Source: Macrostomum hystrix (taxonomy: Eukaryota > Animalia > Platyhelminthes). From it: DNA of 64,000 nucleotides. The stretch is taken from positions 9,486,001 to 9,550,000 of the forward strand of contig CATNEN010000039.1 in assembly GCA_950097015.1 (NCBI GenBank), given 5' to 3'. A program made the position numbers and the translations under genes. The notes beneath the pieces were generated by a model. It made no database searches. It was given only the letters and a program-made list of their open reading frames with translations, and was not told where the DNA came from. How positions within the stretch are numbered: the stretch's first letter is position 1; every line of letters begins with the position of its first letter. Of the stretch, positions 48,578 to 61,100 are shown in pieces.

Positions 48578-50330
48578 GCCCTGTCACGTATTCCTACTAC
48601 TTATTGATACGATCATGCAATTGGTATTCTCACGAACAGTTGTTGTCTCGTGGCTGATGATGCTTTTGCTGCTAGTTGAGACGCAGGTACCACTGCTGCC
48701 GGCATTCACACCGCGTAGTTCTAACGTAACCCTCACAGTATAGTTGCCATGTCTCGAATGGCGCTGTTACGCTTCCGGGAAAGATATCGCCGCACAGTAG
48801 ACTCCGTTTGTTGGCCAGTAATGCTTATTATGTCAGACACAGAATAGCCTGAATCTTTCAGATCAGCAGTGGTTTCCGAGTGACGCGGATGCAGTGGTTT
48901 GTATATCCCTTGCTCAGGCCGCACATCTTGCTGATCCGCTGCAGGAACGAACATAGTCTGTTTATGCCTCAGACTTGCTTACTTGAGAAAGCAAATTGTT
49001 AAAGCGGAACTGGCGATTGATCGCGGGAACATAGTTTCATTTTTCGTTTCAGACGGAAGGACCGACATGTACAGACGTATAAGGTCGTACTGCTTCCAGT
49101 ACAATCGAGCTTGCTTGGGATTGAAACGCTTGGCTCTTGTCGGCTCGGCGCTTTGTTTTTTGTCGGCAACATTGGCAATTCGTAATACGGCTTACCATCA
49201 CTGTCGGTCTTTTCAATAAGACTATCTCTACCGCGCAGCTGCTTCATATGTTCTTGTAGTCTTTCACCCAATCCATAAATCAGCGTGAAGAGCACCTCAT
49301 CCTGTAATCGTTCACCATTGGACCGATCAAAGTACGCAAATATTTTCTTGAGGTCAGTTTCCTCAATCGGTTCGAAGCGCTTCACACTTCCACCTGCAGC
49401 ATGATATTCTCGAACTTTCATTTGCAGCATACGGTTAGCGCTGCCGAATTCAGGTGCATCGATGATGTCAAGGTTTGTCGCTTAACGTAGTTAAATGTAG
49501 TTAAAAAGCGCTTGATGCCAGCCCTTATGCAAACCAGGCTTGATGCGGAGTACTTTTCGCCACTCGGCTTGGCCAGGCGAAAATAGTTACAGACGTAGAT
49601 GCTCGTTCAATTTCTTCTGGTCTACTGTCTGTAGGCGATCCACGGAGTAACCCAGATTGGACATGTAGTCAGAAAACCTTTGGCATGAAATCGCATCTGA
49701 TCTTGTGTTGATCTAGGCAGCGAGGCAATTTCCATCGCATCAATATGGGCACTCAGCATCGTCAATCGAAAAGCCCACATCGGCATTGTCACTGTCGGCA
49801 GCCGGTAGATCAGGAAGTTCCACTGCCATGATGGTGTCATCGTCATGTCGACTTAAGTCGGTGATGAATTGCAGAAAGCGTTGTAGCTCTCTATCCTCAC
49901 TATGATTTTCCCGACTCAGTTCGGTAACCAGAGCCAATTCGCTTGATGTAACGCCATTGAGGGATTCTACTGGTGAATGCTTCCAGTTGATCTTCTTTCT
50001 CAAGTGTCTAATAAACTAGCAATGTGTTTGTATTCTCAAATCCGTTTTTCAGTTCTCTTTCTTTTCAAGTTTTCAAGCCCTCCAGGAATTTGTATATGGT
50101 ACAAACTGACCTTCTCTTTTCAGTAAGCTGTATGATTGTCTCTCTAACTCAAAATCTTTCTAGAACTGTATTCTAGAAATTTGTCTATGGTAAATATTGA
50201 CCCTGCTATAGCCTCTGTCAACTGTCCAGCTAAGCTGTATGATTAAATACTATAACACCCCCTAATTTCGTTGTCTATGGCCTTGGGACGGCTTCGGACT
50301 GCGCTTCTGTCCTCTTTCTGGCCAATAAAA
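48578..50330 (-). pseudogene. Second, degenerate Crypton-like DUF3504 tyrosine recombinase element with partial upstream hairpin
   Basis: Fragments SLPRSTQDQM, EKYSASSLVCIRAGIKRF, IIDAPEFGSANRML..KRFEPIEETDLKKI..LQDEVLF..GER, LKDSGYSVSDIISITGQQTESTVRRY; left arm of a P2-like hairpin at 50252-50300. Confidence 0.78.
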
Positions 50331-50979
50331 GGCTCGCTTTTTTGTTGCAGCTACTCGTACTTATGTATATGGTTCAAACCAGACCCTAGACGTCTAAGAC
50401 GATTTTTTCCATAGACAACTAACCATTGACAAACGATGACGTTTTGACGTTTGACGTTTTCGCCCGACCCCGCCAAACTGTAAATTGTTGCGCTTTATAT
50501 TTCGCTCATTCCGAATTGAATTGGCTCCACCCGACTCGAAATTCACTTAGGTATTGTTGGGAGAGGTGTCATTATGTTCCTAACTCTAATGCAAAATATA
50601 AGTCGAATTAGATAGAGATGAGATAACATATTAGCCGGATATTAGCCGGATAACATACTAGCCCCTATTAGCCGGATGCCGGATAAAAAAGGTAATTACT
50701 TATATTATTAGGCCTACTAACAGCATTAAAATTAACAAAACAAAAAAATTCAACGGGTACTTATTTAATATTTTAATGGACGATCTGATCCTTGTTCCTT
50801 ATTTTACACTCCAAATTAGACCAGCGATTGGTTCGGGTCGGGCAGGAGCGGAACCACCGGCAAATCGGAAGCCTCAGAAACCTGTTTGATGTCGCTTGAA
50901 ATTCAGATTAAAATATTTTTGGCTTATCACCTTGCTAATCTTCCAGTGAAGAAGGCCAGTCGTCGACGTCTGGTCTATC

Positions 50980-53027
50980 ATGTCCGATCGGAAGCAGCGG
51001 CCGGAAGGCAAAGTAGTCATCGAAGTCTCTTCTGACTATCACATGTCGATTGAGAACACTAGCTCAACCCAGCCATCAGTTGCAGCCAGCGGTGAGCAGG
51101 ACAGCTCAAGCTGGCCCGGCAGGCCCCTGGAGATAACGATTTTACTTGAACTGTCTGTGATACATGGCCAAGGGGCCACGGAGCAGCCACTTTCCAAAAT
51201 TGAATTGCACACGGAGGTTCTTCTGTTTGATTCTGAAGGTGAGCGGGTAGCTTCTCCGACACAGGTCACTGTTTCAGCCAATTTTCCATTCACCTTAGCA
51301 TCTGCAGCTACAACTCAGTCGTCGGATGGTCTGGCGGCCCGAAAGCTCATTGCTTGTGCATCGGGATCGATCGGTCAGCCGAAAATTTTGCTGCAACATC
51401 CCGAGGCTTGCAAAAGTTCAATACTCAGCGGTTCAAAGCCGAATTCTCCAAGACTCTCGAGGCCATTGTCACACCATGCCTCATCGAAAACGCCGCTAAA
51501 GTCTGCGACTCTTCAGAGTCAGTGGCCAGAGGGTTCTCGCTTAGCTCAACCAGTACGTCAACGCTTGTACACACCAAAGCAGCATAGCTCATCGGCTTCA
51601 TCGACGAGTTCGCCACGGTTTCTTCGACCTCCCGAATCGATGCATCTAACTAAGCCAAGCGCGCGCGATCCGTTGAGCTTGCTTTCGGAGGACATCGCCT
51701 GGCCCAGCCATCGTCGATTGGCTTCGCATTCTCCAAGGTATCCGCACTCGCTGCAACCGTCGCATCATCATCAGCAAGGCTTCAGCACCGGCTTCTCAAC
51801 TGAATCACACTCCAGGGCGACGAGGGGGAGCCGTTTGCGAGCGAAATTCCTTGACAACAGGGACGCCGCGGTGGTGACACAGGACGCACCAGATGGCCTG
51901 GCTGTGCGAGCACTCCTGGCTGCCCTGCTAAGTCGGTCTTCAGGTCTGCCGCAGCCATGGGCGCCACTTTCTACAAGTCTGTGTCACACGAAACGAAAGA
52001 TTAAATTTGAAAAAAGTCTTCCGAGAATTTCATTGCGAAATGGTACTGAGAAGTGTGAGGCAACGTTCCGGCTCGATTCTGGCTGCTCTGGCAGCGTCTA
52101 CTTTTGCTGGGTACGCCAGTGTCTGGAGAATCGGGGGTCTGACTCGAGAAGCTTTCGTCTGGTCAGTTCACCTAGGGCGCTGAAGTGCAGCAGGCGGCTT
52201 CAGGTGTGCGAAAATGAGTTCAGAAACTACCGGGCGCTGCAGGAGGGACGCACTGAGGAAATACAGCAGTACTGTTTCGTGCTGTGGATGGAAGAGTTCA
52301 TAGTGTCGACGCATCCGCAAAGCGGGGAAGTCAGTGGATGTCTTCTACTCGAGTTTGCCCCTGGCGGGACGCTGCAGAGTCTGCTGCAAGGATTAGCAAA
52401 AACAGGCAAATGCTTCACAGAAAGCGAGGCTGTATTTTACCTGGCCGAAATCGGCTGCACGTTGGATTTCCTGCACTCTAGGAGCATCCTGCACCTGAAA
52501 CTGAAGCCAGACAATGTAGCCATTGCTGCTACTGGGCACTCGAGATTGTGCGATTTCGGTTACTCGCTGGTGATGCGAGATGGCGTGTCTACCAAGCGAC
52601 TTCCAGTTGGCCTGCGATCATGTCATCTGCCGCCGGAGGTTTTAAAAGGCCTGCGGTCGGACCGAGTGCTGACTGGTTCAGCTGCGGCACCCTGGCTTTC
52701 TGGCTAATGCACAAGAAGTACCCGATAGTGCCGCCACGATTCGCTGCATCCGTTTTCGAATATGCCAACCACATGGCTGGGCGGGGCTACAAAGAGCTTT
52801 CTCAGTTGTTCTCCGCAAGAACTGGTGAGACCTACAGGGAACTGGTGACGGTTCTGCTGCATCCACAGCCGGGGATGCGACCTGGTGGCTTCTGCGGCAT
52901 CTTGGAGCATCGGCAGCTGATGCGGAAGAGCGGCTTGTTCCCCAGTGATGCAGATGAAGCGACCCACTACCGAGCCATTGTCGAGTCATGCTACCTGCTG
53001 CCGCCGTTTCTACCGATGCCTCTGTAG
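50980..53027 (+). CDS. Intronless AGC-like protein kinase homologue, predicted pseudokinase, split by a -1 frameshift at ~52647
   Basis: LDSGCSGSVY, RALK, LEFAPGGTL, FYLAEI..LHSRSILHLKLKPDN (HRD absent), LCDFG, PPEV, then ADWFSCG..RPG in ORF 52548-53027. Confidence 0.75.
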
Positions 53028-53519
53028 AAACGGATGCAGCGCGCCTGGTAGCCAATCATCAGTGACCTATTCTAATCAGATATAAACTATCTTGTCTTGC
53101 TCGCAGGCAGTCTTGGTCCCTAATGTGAGCTCAAATAAAGTGTCTTGTTCTGTCTTCGCTTTAGACAGAAAATCGAGCGTCCGACCTCTCGGTTATGGAT
53201 TACAATGCTCTAAACCCTTGATCAATACATAGACCATGTTATTTCCCCCCCTGGGGGGCATTTCAACAACCCACTGCCTACTTCACGATAGCTCCACAAC
53301 CGAATGATCGATTTTCGTGAAAGTCCGTCATGAATTTGGATAAAATTTTTCCACAATTTACGATGTTCAAAGCCGTCCGAAGGCAGCATTGTCGAGATTT
53401 TCTGTGATTCTTGTTGAAGATCCTGATGACAAGGACAACAAACATTGCTCTGTAGAAACCTCTGTGGCGAATACATATTAGTTCAATAATTTAACAATGA
53501 ATTTTACTGTGAATGTATA

Positions 53520-54417
53520 TGTTGTGAGCTGCGTCTCATGACGACCTTGCCCCGACCCCTGCGTCTCCAGCCCTTCCACCCCGGCCGCCTGCTCAATCCG
53601 GTTCTGCCCGGCCCCGGCTTAGGCCACCCTCCTTTGGCGTGTTTGTCATTCGCCCATTGGCTGTCCCCTGTGCCGTCCTCGCTAGTCCAATCAGGCCTCT
53701 CGCCAAGGAGACTTCTGATTGGCTAGCCGGTCTCCTTCTCTCTCTCTCTCGGCTTGCAGCCGACCCCAGCCCAGCCCTGTTTGCTACCACCCCAGCCCTG
53801 CGTGGCTTAGCCCTACCCCGTCCAGCCCTATGCCCTCGCCCCACCCCTCGCGGTTATTTATTTGCGCGCGCTGCCCGTGGCCAGCCCCAGCACCTCCAGA
53901 GTACTAGGGCGAGAACGTTGGCGAAGCTAATTTAAACGTTAGAAGCGATTGGAAAGCGGTAGAAAGTAGAATCCATAATAAACTACGCAGCCTGAAGCAC
54001 AATTTATTGCATGAGTTCAACGTTCAACCCCTCCCGGTAAGAAAAGCATTCACGCGTTATTTATTTATTTATTATCGAATCTTGTTCCTCTGCCCGACCT
54101 CGGCTGCTGCCAAAAGCTCACCATCATCCTTCTCCTCCAGAGTCTTCCTCGAGTCTGCGAAGTGTCGGTACGCTTCCAGACCATCATCTACCTCTCTCTT
54201 GGGCTGTCGAGTGGCTACCCGCTCGCAGTCAAAACCTTCAGTCAGGGCTTAGCGAGTGTCGGTACGCTCCAAGTCCATCCCGTCTCTCCTCGGAGTGTCT
54301 GGACGCCTCGAGGGTCGCTGCTTCCCCTCCCTCTACCCCCGGCAAGCTTTGGGCGGTCCGTACCCGAACCCCCACTACCGCGTTGGCGAACTGCCGACAA
54401 TACGAAAAAGTACAACA
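53520..54417. mobile_element. Solo LTR (Gypsy-like)
   Basis: Termini TGTTGT...ACAACA; 4-bp TSD TATA on both sides; internal CCAAT boxes and AATAAA at ~53977. Confidence 0.75.
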
Positions 54418-55150
54418 TATAATCAACAATAATAGCCGATGTGGTAACATTTTGAATTTTTTGTAAGCAGAAAAATCATGCCTATATTTGAAAAGTGTTT
54501 ATTTGTACAGATTACCTAGAAAAAGTTAAAGGTTGCTAATTACATTTTTATGCTTAATTCGAACAAAAATGCTGCACATTTTCTGTAGAAGCTGTAACAC
54601 ACTGTCGTCGAATATTTTCAATTTTACTTCACGCAGCTGAAAATATTTATATGCGTATCTTATTGTGCTTGTAAGATACACTTACGTCGACAATTTTAGT
54701 GACTTTTAGTTTTATTGATGTGATGGTTAAATCTCTGATTAAGTTTGCTAGCTGCGAGATTAAGACTTTTGACGCCCAGAAAAAAAGAAAAGAATATGAT
54801 TCAATGGTGTGTGTATTAGCATTTTGATTATTGTTACTCTTCCGTAAGAAAAGCATTAAAAGAATTACTTAACGAGAAAGTGACAAAACAAAAGCAAAAA
54901 GTGTATCGAATTGTAATGCTAACAAGATGAACTGTTTGAAATTTCTGCATTCAAAGAATTAGAAAAATTCTCAATTCTGCTCAAAAGATTTATAATTTTA
55001 AAACTATTTTAACGACTCTTCTCTGGCGCTCTTTTAAATCGAACGCTTTCTTTAAAGCCGCGAGTACTCTGCTTTGTTAGCAGTCCAGCAATTTTAATCG
55101 TGACTTTCAACGACGAAATACGAGACGAGACGAGACAAGACAAGAGACGT

Positions 55151-58100
55151 ATGATGACAAGAGACAGGCTGAAGGATCTGAGGCGGGCCATGGGATCAGA
55201 CGCTGATGTAGCTCAAGTGAGTTAGCGCAACACGCTCAAATCGTTCTTTTTTATTTTCTGAGGGGCTGTAGGCTTGCATTCTAGTGGTTAGAGCGTCGGA
55301 CTCACGACTTGAAGGTCGGGGTGCGATTCCCGACTTCACTGGAACAATTTGAGTCCTTTAGCAAGACACTTAACTCTGCATTGCTTCAATGGGCATCAGC
55401 ATCAGCTGAGGTAATTGAGGGCGGGTGTGGCGTCCCCCCAATCCAGGGACTGAACAGCCGTACGCAGCCTTCAAATGCGCCGCGCTATGGCTGCGGCTGT
55501 GCTTGTCGGCTACACATCTGATCCAATCGGGCAGTTGCAATCAATTAATTAGTACTGAGCTATTTAGGCCTTGTTCGTAATAGCTTTATTATTTTCTGGT
55601 GGAAAAATCTGTCAATTATAACCTGAATTTCGATAAATTTCACAAAGATCGTAAACGAGGATCGTGAAACTGGGGAAGAAAACTTCTCTATGCAGCCGGA
55701 AGACCAACAGCAGCATGATCAGCAGGAGCAGCCGCAGCATCAGCGGCGTCCACACCAGAGACAGCGGCGTCAATTCAGCGAGTCCCCAGAACCCAGCGAC
55801 TGCGCTGGCTTCATGGACGAATTCTTCAGCGAAGTGGACGCCATCAGGCGCATTATAGGCTGCATCGAAGCCAGCGTGACGGCGGTCAGGATGAAGCACT
55901 CGCTCATTCTGGAGTCGCCCAACCATAACGAAAGTGAGCAGGTGAATTACACTGTCCTACTTAGCATGAACTGTGTATGCTATTCGTGGGTTTAACATTT
56001 GACTTTGAGATCAATTGTCCCACACAATAGATTGCATGTGTAACAACATCATTATTTATTTCAGGGGCCAATGAAGAGCTTGAAGGACTGATGCAGGACA
56101 TCAAGAAGAACGCTAATAAAGTCCGCATCAAACTCAAAGGTTAGCTATTCAGTTTATTTTGTATTTAGAAACTTGTAATTGCTAAAGAAAACCAACGTTT
56201 TAGCCATCGAGGTGGGCCTGGAGCAAAGTCACGACGGCTACGGGTCGTCGGCCGATGTTCGAATCCGAAAAACTCAGGTAGGCTCACTACTATGCCTAGC
56301 CGTATAAACTTAGCTATTTTTTGTTCTACTGTCAGTGCTTGTTAGCATAATTTGAATTATTTAATTCTTTCCAAGTAATAAAAAACGCACAGTCAGTTAA
56401 TATTCATGTAAAGCATACGCATGCTTATTTTTGTGGCGCCATCTGTCACCAAGACTTTGTTGGACTAGAATGCGTTAATCCGTGCTTCAATGCTACTTAT
56501 TTTTTTTACTTTTTATCTAGTCAAGAGCTGAGTTGCTTGTGAAAGTCTAGCGTTACAATCTGTAGTGTAAAAGTTCCATTGAGTATGATTTCTTACCAAA
56601 AATGTCATGTCTCGTATTGAAGCGTTCGCGAAAGAATTTTCCAACTACTTTAAATACATATTATGTTTACTTTAGCGTATTGACTTACAAATTTTCTCTC
56701 TCCAGCACTCCACAATCACTAGAAAGTTCATCGAAGTGATGACCGATTACAATCAGGCCCAGCTTGAGTATCGCAGCGCCTGCAAGACCAGGATTAGGCG
56801 GCAGATGGAGATAGGTAATTCTGGCATATTGGAAACAAAAGCATCTAGTAGTTGGCCTTACTTAGCTTAGTTAGCTTGCGCCATAACCTCGGTGACTTGG
56901 TGTGCTGTGTGATAACCCAGTGATTTGGTGTGCTGTGTGATAACCCCAGTGATTTGGTGTGCTGTGTGATAACCCCAGTGATTTGGTGTGCTGTGTGAAA
57001 ACCCCAGTGATTTGGTGTGCTGTGTGATAACCCCAGTGATTTATGGTGTGCTGAGTGATAACCCCAGTGATTTATGGTGTGCTGTGTGATAAACCCAGTG
57101 ATTTGGTGTGCTGTGTGATAACCCCAGTGATTTATGGTGTGCTGTGTGATAACCCCAGTGATTTGGTGTGCTGTGTGATAACCCCAGTGATTTGGTGTGC
57201 TGTGTGATAACCCCAGTGATTTATGGTGTGCTGTGTGATAACCCGTGATTTGGTGCGCTGTTGCAGTAACTTTGGTCCATTTAGAGTTAGCTGTTAGTAT
57301 AATTAAAAAGGGTAACAGTTATATAATTCCTTTCAATTCCACTAAGTATTGGTTCTTTTTCGTACGAGTGCAGTGTAAAATATAGTGTTTTATATATTTT
57401 CAGCTAATGATATATTATACCATGGCAAGATTATATTCTTGGATTCGCGTGACAAGTTTAATGCGGTGCAACAGCTAATTTAAAATGCTACAATGCATTT
57501 GCACAGCTATGCTATTCTGAGGTTACAAACCCTTGACTTCTATCCAAAAAATGTTATTTTAGACAATTCTTTCAAGCTCAGTCAGGCATTCAAAGTGTCA
57601 GGAATCAGTGCCAGTTACCTCTCTACTTCATGTCAGTGTTTGACAGGCCGAAGCAATGGCTAAGGACCCGAATTATTTATTATAAGACAGTCATCTGGTT
57701 TGAATGACACAAATTTGGTTTGTAATATTGATTTCTCATGTATTTTTTTATGTTAAAAATCACAGTCTGTAGCTAACTTTATTAGACTGAGATTGAGCAA
57801 GTCGTAGGGATCACTAGAATGATCACTAGACCATTTTATCAGCTAATATAATGATTAGGCCATAGACGAAAAATATGAAGAAAACTTGATTTTCCCCGAC
57901 AGCTATCAATAGAAAATAGAAAAACCTCTCATTAATAGTCTCATCACTGACCTCAGAACGGATTATTTAGTAAAATAAACAACTAATAGCAGATCTAGCT
58001 GAATCCTCAATGTATGTGTAATTCTACAGAATGTTGGTCAGGTCTTCAAAACTTTCTGCTTATAAATCTGTTGGATGTCGGCAAGATGTCCAACGGATTG

Positions 58101-61100
58101 CCTTCCCAACGGATTATCCCAAATCAACCCCATTGAAATCGAATTGCAGCACCTGACCCTGACTCGCAGATTTGTGAACGCAATGAGCCGCTACAATATC
58201 TGCCAGGTCTCCTTCAGGGAGAGCTGCAAGGCCAAGATTGCGCGTCACTTGGCACTTAGTAAGGCTGCAAATGAACGACTACTGAGATGCACAAGGATAC
58301 ATATCATTGCATCACTTTGCTTGTCTCCATTACACGGCGGGCTCTTGTAAGGGCCTGTCGTGTAATGGGTGTTATCCACCCACCCCCTTTTCTCTCGCTG
58401 CCTTCTCACCCACCCCTTGTGGGGGGGTTGGGGTTTTATATACCCGCGTGCCGTGCTTTGACTCGCGTGTCGCATCGGCTCAATTTTTTTTGGCTCGCGT
58501 GTAAATATTTTTTTTAATGGACAGTGCACGCAAACTGACAGCTAAACAGCTCAAACAAGAGCTAGCCCACTACGGCCTGTCTCAAGCCGGGCGTAAACAG
58601 CAGCTCTACGAGCGACTTGGCAATCACCTGCGCGCCGTGGCAGAGACAGCCGACCTCAGCAGTGCCAGCCCTACATCGGATACTATCGGCGGCCAGCCAG
58701 CGGGCGGAGGCGGTGCATCTCGGGGCGCGGCCGGCGACCTGGCGGCGCTGCGGAAGGAAGTCGAGGACCTAGAAATTGAGGCACTGACTCGACGCCGTGC
58801 CCAGCTACAAAATGAGCTCAAACTGCCTCAGCACCAGCGGACCCCTGGTCTTACACCACAAGGTGAGCAGAGCGAAATTGCTGTTGGATTGCATGAATCC
58901 TTGCTGTTGGGCAGGGAAGTTGCAGAGCTCGGCACCAGTCAGCAGGAGCTCAAGCGCAGCCGAGCCTACCTGATCCGCGACTCCGTCAAACCGAGCGCCA
59001 GTCAGTCGAACGAGAGCCTCACCGCCTGCATGGAGAATGGAAATCTAGTGTTCAAGAAGCAGCCTCCCAGCTTGAGCAGAATTTCAGTTGGTCAGTGGAT
59101 CTCCGGAAACTCCCAGATCATGCTGCGCCTCATCGACGATGGCTCATTGGTCCACCTGAATGATGACGGTTCCATCAACGTCAATCAGCTGAAAGGCTAC
59201 CTACAGTACTCACGGAAGATCGGCGAGCTGCTCGATGCCGGCTATAACCCTGGCGTCGTGTGGGAGTTCGATGAGGATTACCGAAAGTTGATCGCAGAGT
59301 CTGATTCGCACCAGTGGGGCTGTGAGCCGCCTCAGCTGTACCACCGCCACCTGAACGCCCCGCGGAACCTAAAGTTCACCGTGAACAAGCCAGCAGCTGC
59401 CCAGTCGCAAGCGCCGATCTGCCTCAGCTTCAACGCTCCTGCCGGCTGCCAACGGTCCAACTGCAGGTACCGCCACGCCTGCAAGCTGCGAGGCTGCGGC
59501 AAGCCGCACCCCGCCCACCAGCACCGACCGGCCAACGACGGCATCGATGCGGCGGAGGGGGCAAAAAACTAGATTTATTTTATAGCCAACCTGCTTTTAT
59601 CCCCTGCCTGCCCCCTCCCCCTTTCTTGCCTTCCCGTGCCCCCACCCGCTCTTCTGCCCCGCCGCCTCCGCCGCGTCGCACTCTGTCATCCGACATGAAC
59701 CTCGCTGCCTGGGAGCCACTGCTGCGCGGCGACCCGGATGAACCTTTTCTGCTCAATGGCCTTCATCACGGCTTTCGGCTGATCAACAAGCCGCCGCCTG
59801 CTTTAACGCGCTCCAAAAACTACAGCTCGGCCATCACCCAAGCTAAGCAGGTGGACCAGCAGCTCGCTGAGGAGCTCCGCCTCGGTCGCCTTCAGCTCGC
59901 CAGCGGTCCCGTCATGTTGAATGCGATCGGTGCTATTCCCAAGTCTGATGGCAGCGTCAGGATCATCCACGACCTTTCGAGCCCTCCGGGATCCTCCGTC
60001 AATGACAGCTATGAGCAGGAGAAGAGTCTGCGATTCGCCTCAGTCCGAGACCTGGCCAGGCACCTTCGGCCCGGCTCCTTCATCGGAAAAATCGACCTGA
60101 AGCAGGCCTATCGTTCAGTCGGTATTCATCCGGACGACCATAGGCTCACAGGTCTAAGCTGGCGCTTTGAGGCTGACACCGAAGACTCGGTGCTCGTCGA
60201 CACCCGGCTGCCATTTGGAGCGCGAGCATCGTGTGAGATTTTTCACCGTCTGTCAGCCAGCATCAAGCGGCACATGCTCCAGCAAGGCTTTCGCGCTACC
60301 GTCAACTACTTGGACGACTGGGCGGTGGCCGGCGAGTCCCAAGATGCTGCTCAGCGAGCCTTCGACTACCTGGTGCACCTGCTGCAGAACTTAGGCTTTA
60401 GCATCAATTGGAGCAAGTCAAGCGCCCCAGCCCAGCATGTCGTGTTCCTGGGCGTGCACATCAACACCGTTGACGGGACGCTCTCTCTGCCTGCCGACAA
60501 GAAGACGGACATTCAGAATCTGCTGAGCGAGTGCTTGGCTCGTGACGTCGTCAAGCCGAAGCAGTTGGAGAAGCTGGTTGGGAAGCTCTGCTGGGTCAGT
60601 CAGATCAACCAGCTGCTTCGTCCGTTTCTGCGCCCGCTCTTCGACATCATCAGTGTCGGGACTGACCTTCGTCTGTCTCAAGATATCCGCGATCTACTGC
60701 ACTGGTGGCTGTTGTCCATCGATGCGCTGCCTCCGACGCCCATGAATCCTCGTTTTCGACATCTGGTGGCCATCGAGTCTGACAGCAGCTCTGAAGGCGC
60801 AGCAGGCATCGTCTGCGGCAGCAGCTTCAGCGACTGGATGTACTTCAGCTGGGAGCACGACTTCGAGGCTGAGTTCCGCGACCTCCACATCAACCACAAG
60901 GAGGCCCTGGCGCCACTGCTGACCATCCTGCATTTCCGTGACCAGCTGAGCAACAGCCGGGTGGTGGTCTACTCTGACAGCACCGCCGCCGTTGGTTTGA
61001 TCAACAAGCTGTCCTGCAGGCATCCCTCGCTGATCCGCATCTACCAGACTGTGGCCCTTCTGTGCCTGGCCTCCGGGATTCAGCTGCAAGCTTTTCACCT

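Noticed and set aside
28376-48593. Giant Starship-like element carrying the P450, GPCR and YbaY genes as cargo between the two YR elements
   Set aside because: The only support is one 15-bp imperfect inverted match, better explained as the ends of separate elements; the enclosed genes look like ordinary host genes with SINEs and introns. Presence/absence polymorphism would be needed to revive it.
55275-55345. Functional tRNA gene (also 38035-38106)
   Set aside because: Acceptor and anticodon stems are poor and a CORE-like SINE body follows directly.
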